Made by a program: the position numbers and the translations under genes. The notes under the pieces were generated by a model that was given only the letters and a program-made list of their open reading frames with translations, had not been told where the DNA came from and ran no database searches. This document shows positions 24,501-35,870 of a DNA stretch of 55,811 bases, one piece after another. Source of the stretch: Eledone cirrhosa (lineage: Eukaryota); the NCBI GenBank assembly GCA_964016885.1, contig CAXHJY010000089.1, forward strand, positions 1 through 55,811. The letters are read 5' to 3'. The number at the start of each line of letters is the position of its first letter. Position 1 is the first letter of the stretch.

Positions 24501-27500
24501 GTGAGGCTCTCTTTCTTAGTGTGTAGGGCTTTGTCTGTGTGTGTGAGGCTCTCTTTCTTAGTGTGTAGGCTTTGTCTGTGTGTGAGGCTCCCTTTCTTAG
24601 TGTGTAGGGCTTTGTCTGTGTGTGAGGCTCCCTTTCTTAGTGTGTAGGGCCTAGTCTGTGTGTGAGGCTCTCTTTCTTAGTGTGTAGGGCTTTGTCTGTG
24701 TGTGTGAGGCTCCCTTTCTTAGTGTGTAGGGCTTTGTCTGTGTGTGAGGCTCTCTTTCTTAGTGTGTAGGGCTTTGTCTGTGTGTGTGAGGCTCTCTTTC
24801 TTAGTGTGTAGGGCTTTGTCTGTGTGTGTGAGGCTCTCTTTCTTAGTGTGTAGGGCTTTGTCTGTGTGTGTGAGGCTCTCTTTCTTAGTGTGTAGGCTTT
24901 GTCTGTGTGTGAGGCTCCCTTTCTTAGTGTGTAGGGCTTTGTCTGTGTGTGAGGCTCCCTTTCTTAGTGTGTAGGGCTTAGTCTGTGTGTGAGGCTCTCT
25001 TTCTTAGTGTGTAGGGCTTTGTCTGTGTGTGTGAGGCTCCCTTTCTTAGTGTGTAGGGCTTTGTCTGTGTGTGAGGCTCTCTTTCTTAGTGTGTAGGGCT
25101 TTTTCTGTGTGTGTGAGGCTCCCTTTCTTAGAGTGTAGGGCTTTGTCTGTGTGTGTGAGGCTCTCTTTCTTAGTGTGTAGGGCTTTGTCTGTGTGTGTGA
25201 GGCTCTCTTTCTTAGTGTGTAGGGCTTTGTCTGTGTGTGTGAGGCTCTCTTTCTTAGTGTGTAGGGCTTTGTCTGTGTGTGTGAGGCTCTCTTTCTTAGT
25301 GTGTAGGCTTTGTCTGTGTGTGAGGCTCCCTTTCTTAGTGTGTAGGGCTTTGTCTGTGTGTGAGGCTCCCTTTCTTAGTGTGTAGGGCTTAGTCTGTGTG
25401 TGAGGCTCTCTTTCTTAGTGTGTAGGGCTTTGTCTGTGTGTGTGAGGCTCCCTTTCTTAGTGTGTAGGGCTTTGTCTGTGTATGAGGCTCTCTTTCTTAG
25501 TGTGTAGGGCTTTTTCTGTGTGTGTGAGGCTCCCTTTCTTAGTGTGTAGGGCTTTGTCTGTGTGTGTGAGGCTCTCTTTCTTAGTGTGTAGGGCTTTGTC
25601 CCTGTGTGAGGCTCTCTTTCTTAGTGTGTAGGGTTTTGTCTGTGTGTGTGAGGCTCCCTTTCTTAGTGTGTAGGGCTTTGTCTGTGTGTGTGAGGCTCTC
25701 TTTCTTAGTGTGTAGGGCTTTATCTGTGTGTGTGAGGCTCCCTTTCTTAGTGTGTAGGGCTTTGTCTGTGTGTGTGAGGCTCCCTTTTTTAGTGTGTAGG
25801 GCTTAGTCTGTGTGTGAGGCTCTCTTTCTTAGTGTGTAGGGCTTTGTCTGTGTGTGTGAGGCTCCCTTTCTTAGTGTGTAGGGCTTTGTCTGTGTGTGAG
25901 GCTCTCTTTCTTAGTGTGTAGGGCTTTGTCTGTGTGTGTGAGGCTCTCTTTCTTAGTGTGTAGGGCTTTGTCTGTGTGTGTGAGGCTCTCTTTCTTAGTG
26001 TGTAGGCTTTGTCTGTGTGTGAGGCTCCCTTTCTTAGTGTGTAGGGCTTTGTCTGTGTGTGAGGCTCCCTTTCTTAGTGTGTAGGGCTTAGTCTGTGTGT
26101 GAGGCTCTCTTTCTTAGTGTGTAGGGCTTTGTCTGTGTGTGTGAGGCTCCCTTTCTTAGTGTGTAGGGCTTTGTCTGTGTATGAGGCTCTCTTTCTTAGT
26201 GTGTAGGGCTTTTTCTGTGTGTGTGAGGCTCCCTTTCTTAGTGTGTAGGGCTTTTTCTGTGTGTGTGAGGCTCTCTTTCTTAGTGTGTAGGGCTTTGTCT
26301 GTGTGTGAGGCTCTCTTTCTTAGTGTGTAGGGTTTTGTCTGTGTGTGTGAGGCTCCCTTTCTTAGTGTGTAGGGCTTTGTCTGTGTGTGTGAGACTCTCT
26401 TTCTTAGTGTGTAGGGCTTTATCTGTGTGTGTGAGGCTCCCTTTCTTAGTGTGTAGGGCTTTGTCTGTGTGTGTGAGGCTCCCTTTCTTAGTGTGTAGAG
26501 CTTTGTCTGTGTGTGTGAGGCTCTCTTTCTTAGTGTGTAGGGCTTTGTCTGTGTGTGTGAGGCTCTCTTTCTTAGTGTGTAGGGCTTTGTCTGTGTGTGT
26601 GAGGCTCTCTTTCTTAGTGTGTAGGCTTTGTCTGTGTGTGAGGCTCCCTTTCTTAGTGTGTAGGGCTTTGTCTGTGTGTGAGGCTCCCTTTCTTAGTGTG
26701 TAGGGCTTAGTCTGTGTGTGAGGCTCTCTTTCTTAGTGTGTAGGGCTTTGTCTGTGTGTGTGAGGCTCCCTTTCTTAGTGTGTAGGGCTTTGTCTGTGTA
26801 TGAGGCTCTCTTTCTTAGTGTGTAGGGCTTTTTCTGTGTGTGTGAGGCTCCCTTTCTTAGTGTGTAGGGCTTTTTCTGTGTGTGTGAGGCTCTCTTTCTT
26901 AGTGTGTAGGGCTTTGTCTGTGTGTGAGGCTCTCTTTCTTAGTGTGTAGGGTTTTGTCTGTGTGTGTGAGGCTCCCTTTCTTAGTGTGTAGGGCTTTGTC
27001 TGTGTGTGTGAGACTCTCTTTCTTAGTGTGTAGGGCTTTATCTGTGTGTGTGAGGCTCCCTTTCTTAGTGTGTAGGGCTTTGTCTGTGTGTGTGAGGCTC
27101 CCTTTCTTAGTGTGTAGAGCTTTGTCTGTGTGTGTGAGGCTCTCTTTCTTAGTGTGTAGGGCTTTGTCTGTGTGTGTGAGGCTCTCTTTCTTAGTGTGTA
27201 GGGCTTTGTCTGTGTGTGTGAGGCTCTTTCTTAGTGTGTAGGGCTTTGTCTGTGTGTGTGAGGCTCTCTTTCTTAGTGTGTAGGGCTTTGTCTGTGTGTG
27301 AGGCTCTCTTTCTTAGTGTGTAGGGCTTTGTCTATGTGTTTGAGGCTCTCTTTCTTAGTGTGTAGTGCTTTGTCTGTGTGTGAGGCTCTCTTTCTTAGTG
27401 TGTAGGGCTTTGTCTGTGTGTGTGAGGCTCTCTATCTTAGTGTGTAGGGCTTTGTCTGTGTGTGAGGCTCTCTTTCTTAGTGTGTAGGGCTTTGTCTGTG

Positions 27501-30500
27501 TGTGTGAGGCTCTCTTTCTTAGTGTGTAGTGCTTTGTCTGTGTGTGAGGCTCTCTTTCTTAGTGTGTAGGGCTTTGTCTGTGTGTGTGAGGCTCTCTTTC
27601 TTAGTGTGTAGTGCTTTGTCTGTGTGTGAGGCTCTCTTTCTTAGTGTGTAGGGCTTTGTCTGTGTGTGTGAGGCTCTCTTTCTTAGTGTGTAGGGCTTTG
27701 TCTGTGTGTGAGGCTCTCTTTCTTAGTGTGTAGGGCTTTGTCTGTGTGTGTGAGGCTCTCTTTCTTAGTGTTGAGGGCTTTGTCTGTGAGTGAGGCTCTC
27801 TTTCTTAGTGTGTAGGGCTTTGTCTGTGTGTGTGAGGCTCTCTTTCTTAGTGTGTAGTGCTTTGTCTGTGTGTGAGGCTCTCTTTCTTAGTGTGTAGGGC
27901 TTTGTCTGTGTGTGTGAGGCTCTCTTTCTTAGTGTGTATGGCTTTGTCTGTGTGTGAGGCTCTCTTTCTTAGTGTGTAGGGCTTTGTCTGTGTGTGTGAG
28001 GCTCTCTTTCTTAGTGTGTAGGGCTTTGTCTGTGTGTGAGGCTCTCTTTCTTAGTGTGTAGGGCTTTGTCTGTGTGTGTAAGGCTCTCTTTCTTAGTGTG
28101 TAGGGCTTTGTCTGTGTGTGAGGCTCTCTTTCTTAGTGTGTAGGGCTTTGTCTGTGTGTGTGAGGCTCTCTTTCTTAGTGTGTAGGGCTTTGTCTGTGTG
28201 TGTGAGGCTATCTTTCTTAGTGTGTAGGGCTTTGTCTGTGTGTGTGAGGCTATCTTTCTTAGTGTGTAGGGCTGTGTCTGTGTGTGTGAGGCTATCTTTC
28301 TTAGTGTGTAGGGCTTTGTCTGTGTGTATGAGGCTCTCTTTCTTAGTGTGTAGGGCTTTGTCTGTGTGTGTGAGGCTCTCTTTCTTAGTGTGTAGGGCTT
28401 TGTCTGTGTGTGTGAGGCTCCCTTTCTTAGTGTGTAGGGCTTTGTCTGTGTGTGTAAGGCTCTCTTTCTTAGTGTGTAGGGCTTTGTCTGTGTGTGTGAG
28501 GCTCTCTTTCTTAGTGTGTAGGACTTTGTCTGTGTGTGAGGCTCTCTTTCTTAGTGTGTAGGGCTTTGTCTGTGTGTGAGGCTCTCTTTCTTAGTGTGTA
28601 GGGCTTTGTCTGTGTGTGTGAGGCTCTCTTTCTTACTGTGTAGGGCTTTATCTGTGTGTGTGAGGCTCTCTTTCTTAGTGTGTAGGGCTTTGTCTGTGTG
28701 TGTGAGGCTCTCGTTCTTAGTGTGTAGGGCTTTGTCTGTGTGTGTGAGGCTCTCTTTCTTAGTGTGTAGGGCTTTGTCTGTGTGTGAGGCTCTCTTTCTT
28801 AGTGTGTAGGGCTTTGTCTGTGTGTGAGGCTCTCTTTCTTCGTGTGTAGGGCTTTGTCTGTGTGTGTGAGGCTCTCTTTCTTAGTGTGTAGGGCTTTGTC
28901 TGTGTGTGAGGCTCTCTTTCTTAGTGTGTAGGGCTTTGTCTGTGTGTGTGAGGCTCTCTTTCTTAGTGTGTAGGGCTTTGTCTGTGTGTGTGAGGCTCTC
29001 TTTCTTAGTGTGTAGGGCTTTGTCTGTGTGTGTGAGGCTCTCTTTCTTAGTGTGTAGGGCTTTGTCTGTGTGTGTGAGGCTCTCTTTCTTAGTGTGTAGG
29101 GCTTTGTCTGTGTGTGTGAGGCTCTCTTTCTTAGTGTGTAGGGCTTTGTCTGTGTGTGTGAGGCTCTCTTTCTTAGTGTGTAGGGCTTTGTCTGTGTGTG
29201 TGAGGCTCTCTTTCTTAGTGTGTAGGGCTTTGTCTGTGTGTGAGGCTCTCTTTCTTAGTGTGTAGGGCTTTGTCTGTGTGTGTGAGGCTCTCTTTCTTAG
29301 TGTGTAGGGCTTTGTCTCTGTGTGTGAGGCTCTCTTTCTTAGTGTGTAGGGCTTTGTCTGTGTGTGAGGCTCTCTTTCTTAGTGTGTAGGGCTTTGTCTG
29401 TGTGTGTGAGGCTCTCTTTCTTAGTGTGTAGGGCTTTGTCTGTGTGTGTGAGGCTCTCTTTCTTAGTGTGTAGGGCTTTGTCTGTCTGTGTGAGGCTCTC
29501 TTTCTTAGTGTGTAGGGCTTTGTCTGTGTGTGTGAGGCTCTCTTTCTTAGTGTGTAGGGCTTTGTCTGTGTGTGAGGCTCTCTTTCTTAGTGTGTAGGGC
29601 TTTGTCTGTGTGTGTGAGGCTCTCTTTCTTAGTGTGTAGGGCTTTGTCTGTATGTGTGAGGCTCCCTTTCTTAGTGTGTAGGGCTTCGTCTGTGTGTGTG
29701 AGGCTCTCTTTCTTAGTGTGTAGGGCTTTGTCTCTGTGTGTGAGGCTCTCTTTCTTAGTGTGTAGGGCTTTGTCTGTGTGTGTGAGGCTCTCTTTCTTAG
29801 TGTGTAGGGCTTTGTCTCTGTGTGTGAGCCTCTCTTTCTTAGTGTGTAGGGCTTTGTCTCTGTGTGTGAGGCTCTCTTTCTTAGTGTGTAGGGATTTGTC
29901 TGTGTGTGTGAGGCTATCTTTCTTAGTGTGTAGGGCTTTGTCTGTGTGTGTGAGGCTCCCTTTCTTAGTGTGTAGGGCTTTGTCTGTGTGTGTGAGGCTC
30001 CCTTTCTTAGTGTGTAGTGCTTTGTCTGTGTGTGTGAGGCTCTCTTTCTTAGTGTGTAGGGATTTGTCTGTGTGTGTGAGGCTATCTTTCTTAGTGTGTA
30101 GGGCTTTGTCTGTGTGTGTGAGCCTCTCTTTCTTAGTGTGTAGGGCTTTGTCTCTGTGTGTGAGGCTCTCTTTCTTAGTGTGTAGGGATTTGTCTGTGTG
30201 TGTGAGGCTCTCTTTCTTAGTGTGTAGGGCTTTGTCTGTGTGTGTGAGGCTCCATTTCTTAGTGTGTAGGGCTTTGTCTGTGTGTGTGAGGCTCCCTTTC
30301 TTAGTGTGTAGAGCTTTGTCTGTGTGTGTGAGGCTCTCTTTCTTAGTGTGTAGGGATTTGTCTGTGTGTGTGAGGCTCTCTTTCTTAGTGTGTAGGGCTT
30401 TGTCTGTGTGTGTGAGGCTCCCTTTCTTAGTGTGTAGGTCTTTGTCTGTGTGTGTGAGGCTCCCTTTCTTAGTGTGTAGAGCTTTGTCTGTGTGTGTGAG

Positions 30501-33500
30501 GCTCTCTTTCTTAGTGTGTAGGGATTTGTCTGTGTGTGTGAGGCTTTCTTTCTTAGTGTGTAGGGCTTTGTCTGTGTGTGTGAGGCTCTCTTTCTTAGTG
30601 TGTAGGGCTTTGTCTGTGTGTGTGAGGCTCTCTTTCTTATTGTGTAGGGCTTTGTCTGTGTGTGTGAGGCTCTCTTTCTTAGTGTGTTGGGCTTTGTCTG
30701 TGTGTGTGAGGCTCTCTTTCTTAGTGTGTAGAGCTTTGTCTGTGTGTGTGAGGCTCTCTTTCTTACTGTGTAGAGCTTTGTCTGTGTGTGTGAGGCTCTC
30801 TTTCTTAGTGTGTAGGGCTTTGTCTGTGTGTGTGAGGCTCTCTTTCTTAGTGTGTAGTGCTTTGTCTGTGTGTGTGAGGCTCTCTTTCTTAGTGTGTAGG
30901 GCTTTGTCTGTGTGTGAGAGGCTCTCTTTCTTAGTGTGTAGTGCTTTTGTCTGTGTGTGTGAGGCTCTCTTTCTTAGTGTGTAGAGCTTTGTCTGTGTGT
31001 GTGAGGCTCTCTTTCTTAGTGTGTAGGGCTTTGTCTGTGTGTGTGAGGCTCTCTTTCTTAGTGTGTAGAGCTTTGTCTGTGTGTGTGAGGCTCTCTTTCT
31101 TAGTGTGTAGGGATTTGTCTGTGTGTGTGAGGCTCTCTTTCTTAGTGTGTAGGGCTTTGTCTGTGTGTGTGAGGCTCTCTTTCTTAGTGTGTAGGGCTTT
31201 GTCTGTGTGTGTGAGGCTCTCTTTCTTAGTGTGTAGGGCTTTGTCTGTGTGTGAGGCTCTCTTTCTTAGTGTGTAGGGCTTTGTCTGTGTGTGTGAGGCT
31301 CTCTTTCTTAGTGTGTAGGGCTTTGTCTGTATGTGTGAGGCTCCCTTTCTTAGTGTGTAGGGCTTCGTCTGTGTGTGTGAGGCTCTCTTTCTTAGTGTGT
31401 AGGGCTTTGTCTCTGTGTGTGAGGCTCTCTTTCTTAGTGTGTAGGGCTTTGTCTGTGTGTGTGAGGCTCTCTTTCTTAGTGTGTAGGGCTTTGTCTCTGT
31501 GTGTGAGCCTCTCTTTCTTAGTGTGTAGGGCTTTGTCTCTGTGTGTGAGGCTCTCTTTCTTAGTGTGTAGGGATTTGTCTGTGTGTGTGAGGCTATCTTT
31601 CTTAGTGTGTAGGGCTTTGTCTGTATGTGTGAGGCTCCCTTTCTTAGTGTGTAGGGCTTTGTCTGTGTGTGTGAGGCTCCCTTTCTTAGTGTGTAGTGCT
31701 TTGTCTGTGTGTGTGAGGCTCTCTTTCTTAGTGTGTAGGGATTTGTCTGTGTGTGTGAGGCTATCTTTCTTAGTGTGTAGGGCTTTGTCTGTGTGTGTGA
31801 GCCTCTCTTTCTTAGTGTGTAGGGCTTTGTCTCTGTGTGTGAGGCTCTCTTTCTTAGTGTGTAGGGATTTGTCTGTGTGTGTGAGGCTCTCTTTCTTAGT
31901 GTGTAGGGCTTTGTCTGTGTGTGTGAGGCTCCATTTCTTAGTGTGTAGGGCTTTGTCTGTGTGTGTGAGGCTCCCTTTCTTAGTGTGTAGAGCTTTGTCT
32001 GTGTGTGTGAGGCTCTCTTTCTTAGTGTGTAGGGATTTGTCTGTGTGTGTGAGGCTATCTTTCTTAGTGTGTAGGGCTTTGTCTGTGTGTGTGAGGCTCC
32101 CTTTCTTAGTGTGTAGAGCTTTGTCTGTGTGTGTGAGGCTCCCTTTCTTAGTGTGTAGCGCTTTGTCTGTGTGTGTGAGGCTCCCTTTCTTAGTGTGTAG
32201 AGCTTTGTCTGTGTGTGTGAGGCTCTCTTTCTTAGTGTGTAGGGATTTGTCTGTGTGTGTGAGGCTATCTTTCTTAGTGTGTAGAGCTTTGTCTGTGTGT
32301 GTGAGGCTCTCTTTCTTAGTGTGTAGGGATTTGTCTGTGTGTGTGAGGCTATCTTTCTTAGTGTGTTGGGCTTTGTCTGTGTGTGTGAGCCTCTCTTTCT
32401 TAGTGTGTAGGGCTTTGTCTCTGTGTGTGAGGCTCTCTTTCTTAGTGTGTAGGGATTTGTCTGTGTGTGTGAGGCTCTCTTTCTTAGTGTGTAGGGCTTT
32501 GTCTGTGTGTGTGAGGCTCCCTTTCTTAGTGTGTAGGTCTTTGTCTGTGTGTGTGAGGCTCCCTTTCTTAGTGTGTAGAGCTTTGTCTGTGTGTGTGAGG
32601 CTCTCTTTCTTAGTGTGTAGGGATTTGTCCGTGTGTGTGAGGCTTTCTTTCTTAGTGTGTAGGGCTTTGTCTGTGTGTGTGAGGCTCTCTTTCTTAGTGT
32701 GTAGGGCTTTGTCTGTGTGTGTGAGGCTCTCTTTCTTATTGTGTAGGGCTTTGTCTGTGTGTGTGAGGCTCTCTTTCTTAGTGTGTTGGGCTTTGTCTGT
32801 GTGTGTGAGGCTCTCTTTCTTAGTGTGTAGAGCTTTGTCTGTGTGTGTGAGGCTCTCTTTCTTACTGTGTAGAGCTTTGTCTGTGTGTGTGGGGCTCTCT
32901 TTCTTAGTGTGTAGGGCTTTGTCTGTGTGTGTGAGGCTCTCTTTCTTAGTGTGTAGAGCTTTGTCTGTGTGTGTGAGGCTCTCTTTCTTAGTGTGTAGGG
33001 CTTTGTCTGTGTGTGTGAGGCTCTCTTTCTTAGTGTGTAGGGCTTTGTCTGTGTGTGTGAGGCTCTCTTTCTTAGTGTGTAGGGCTTTGTCTGTGTGTGT
33101 GAGGCTCTCTTTCTTAGTGTGTAGGGCTTTGTCTGTGTGTGTGAGGCTCTCTTTCTTAGTGTGTAGTGCTTTGTCTGTGTGTGTGAGGCTCTCTTTCTTA
33201 GTGTGTAGGGCTTTGTCTGTGTGTGTGAGGCTCTCTTTCTTAGTGTGTAGTGCTTTGTCTGTGTGTGTGAGGCTCTCTTTCTTAGTGTGTAGAGCTTTGT
33301 CTGTGTGTGTGAGGCTCTCTTTCTTAGTGTGTAGGGCTTTGTCTGTGTGTGTGAGGCTCTCTTTCTTAGTGTGTAGGGCTTTGTCTGTGTGTGTGAGGCT
33401 CTCTTTCTTAGTGTGTAGAGCTTTGTCTGTGTGTGTGAGGCTCTCTTTCTTAGTGTGTAGAGCTTTGTCTGTGTGTGTGAGGCTCTCTTTCTTAGTGTGT

Positions 33501-33835
33501 ACAGCTTTATCTGTGTGTGTGAGGCTCTCTTTCTTAGTGTGTAGGGCTTTGTCTGTGTGTGTGAGGCTCTCTTTCTTAGTGTGTAGGGCTTTGTCTGTGT
33601 GTGTGAGGCTCTCTTTCTTAGTGTGTAGGGCTTTGTCTGTGTGTGTGAGGCTCTCTTTCTTAGTGTGTAGGGCTTTATCTGTGTGTGTGAGGCTCTCTTT
33701 CTTAGTGTGTAGGGCTTTGTCTGTGTGTGTGAGGCTCTCTTTCTTAGTGTGTAGGGCTTTGTCTCTGTGTGTGAGGCTATCTTTCTTAGTGTGTAGGGCT
33801 TTGTCTGTGTGTGAGGCTATCTTTCTTAGTGTGTG
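21539..33835. repeat. 42-bp satellite array (about 295 units, 12.3 kb)
   Basis: Unit gaggctctctttcttagtgtgtagggctttgtctgtgtgtgt, with GT-slippage length variants. Confidence 0.98.
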
Positions 33836-34460
33836 TGGCTCTCTGTTAGTTTGTGTGGCTTTACCTGTCAGTGTGTCTGCGGCTCTCCGTATGTGTGTGG
33901 TGTTTGTCAGTGTGTGTGTGGCTGTGTCTGTGTGTTTGTCTGTATTAGTGGGTGTCTTCCAATGTGTGTTTGTAGCAGTGTATTCGTGTGTGTGTGTTTG
34001 TAGCAGTGTATTCGTGTGTGTGTGTGTGTGTGTGTGTTTTAGTAGTGTATCTGTGGGTGTTTCTATATGCAGCTGTGGTGTGTGTAGCTGTGTGTGTGTG
34101 TGTGGCTGTGTGTGTGTGTAGCTGTGTAGCGGTGTGTGCATGTGAAGGTGTGAGTTTGTGGGAGTATGTCTGCGTGAGCCTGTCTACATCTATGTGTATA
34201 TATATGTGTATACGTATATATGTATAACTGTATGTGTTTAACTTGTGTCTACGTGTAAGTGTATATGTGTATTTGTAAATATATACCTGTATATATATAT
34301 ATATGAGCGTGTATATGTGTGTATATGTATATCTAACTGTGTGTGTAATTATATATATATTTCTGAGTATGTTATATCCATGTGTGTATATCTGTGTGTA
34401 TGAATATCTAAGTGTATATGTGTGTATATTTCCGTGTGTATATATATCTTTACTATATCC

Positions 34461-34498
<38 letters not shown>

Positions 34499-34500
34499 GG

Positions 34501-34550
34501 AGCTTCTACAGGTCTAGTACTGTTTCATTCAGATGAAATCTTCAGGAAGC
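34501..34550 (-). ncRNA. Type I hammerhead ribozyme motif (family D, inverted copy)
   Basis: gcttc CTGAAGA t-ttc-atct-gaa-t GAAA cag-tactagac-ct GTA gaagc. Confidence 0.75.
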
Positions 34551-34630
34551 AGATTTCATCTGAATGAAACAGTACTAGTCCTGTAGAAGCTCCTTCTATA
34601 AAACACAAAAATGTTACTCTGCCATGTGTT

Positions 34631-34683
34631 GAGCTTCCTGAAGATTTCATCTGAATGAAACAGTACTAGTCCTGTAGAGGCTC
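34631..34683 (+). ncRNA. Type I hammerhead ribozyme motif (family D)
   Basis: gagcttc CTGAAGA t-ttc-atct-gaa-t GAAA cag-tactagtc-ct GTA gaggctc; 7-pair stem I with one G-U; actagt palindrome in loop III. Confidence 0.8.
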
Positions 34684-34784
34684 CTTCTATAAAATAAAAA
34701 AATTTACTATAAAAAAATTTTACTCTGCCATGTATTGAGTACCTTACTTACTGTGGTTATCCCCGACTCAACCCGGGACCTACG

Positions 34785-34973
<189 letters not shown>

Positions 34974-34977
34974 AGAG

Positions 34978-35870
34978 AGAGAGAGGAGCTTCAGAGAGCC
35001 AAGAAGAGGATCAAGGAGGGCAAGGCTCATGGAGAAGATAGAGTGGCATCCGAGGTAATGAAGAGGTGTGATTTTGATGATATCATCCTGGGGTTCTGTA
35101 ACCGGGCACTGGAGAAAGGAGTTGCCCCGAATCAGTGGAGGATCAGTAACATCGTCCCAGTGCCAAAGAAGGGATATCTCTCTAACGCCAACAACTACAG
35201 GGGGATCTCACTGACGTGACTTGTGACAAAGACCCTCAACAGGATGATTCTTAACAGGATCCAGCCTGAGATGGAGAAGAAGCTCAGGGACAACCAGAAC
35301 GGCTTCAAGATCAACCACCAGTTACATCCTGATGCTGAGGAGGATATTAGAGGGAGCTATAGCAAAGTGCCTTCCTGCGGTCATGGTTTTCATTGACTTT
35401 AGGAAGGCCTTTGATTCTGTGGACCGTCACTGCCTGATTATCTTACAGGCTTATGGAATCCCCAACACCAACACCAAAGCCCAAGTCATTACACCTGAGG
35501 GATGACAGAGTTCTTTGAGATACTGGTTGGTGTGCTCCAGGGAGATACATTGGCTCACTACCTTTTTATCATCGTTGTGGACTATTGTATGCGCCTTGCA
35601 CTGGAGAAACACCAGGACTCTGGCTTTACTGTAGCACCGGCTCAGAGCAGGAGAGCTAAGGCGAAAAAGGTATCAGATGCTGAATTTGCCGACGACATAG
35701 TTTTGGTGACAAATACAGTGAAGGAGGCAGCGGATTTGATGCAGGAGGTTGAGACTATGTCGATGAGTGTGGGGCTGAGAAGGAATGAGACTAAAACAAA
35801 ATATCTGGTAGAGAATGTTGAGAAGGCAGAGGGGAAAACTAATGTAGGCGGGAAGTCGCTAGAATTGGTC
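34978..35870 (+). pseudogene. Decayed RTE-clade LINE reverse transcriptase (5'-truncated, with stops and frameshifts)
   Basis: Motifs [15 protein letters not shown]...[55 protein letters not shown]. Confidence 0.93.

Larger units (their letters stand above)
34493..34784. mobile_element. Fold-back plus tandem hammerhead element (family D), resembling a Penelope pseudo-LTR arrangement
   Basis: Inverted copy 34493-34550, 5'-truncated sense copy 34551-34630 and full sense copy 34631-34784; (TA)n on both sides. Confidence 0.8.

Noticed and set aside
31226-34141. 971-aa and 956-aa ORFs on opposite strands
   Set aside because: These are read-throughs of a 42-bp unit (a multiple of 3) that lacks stops in those frames; the same satellite is frameshifted repeatedly upstream
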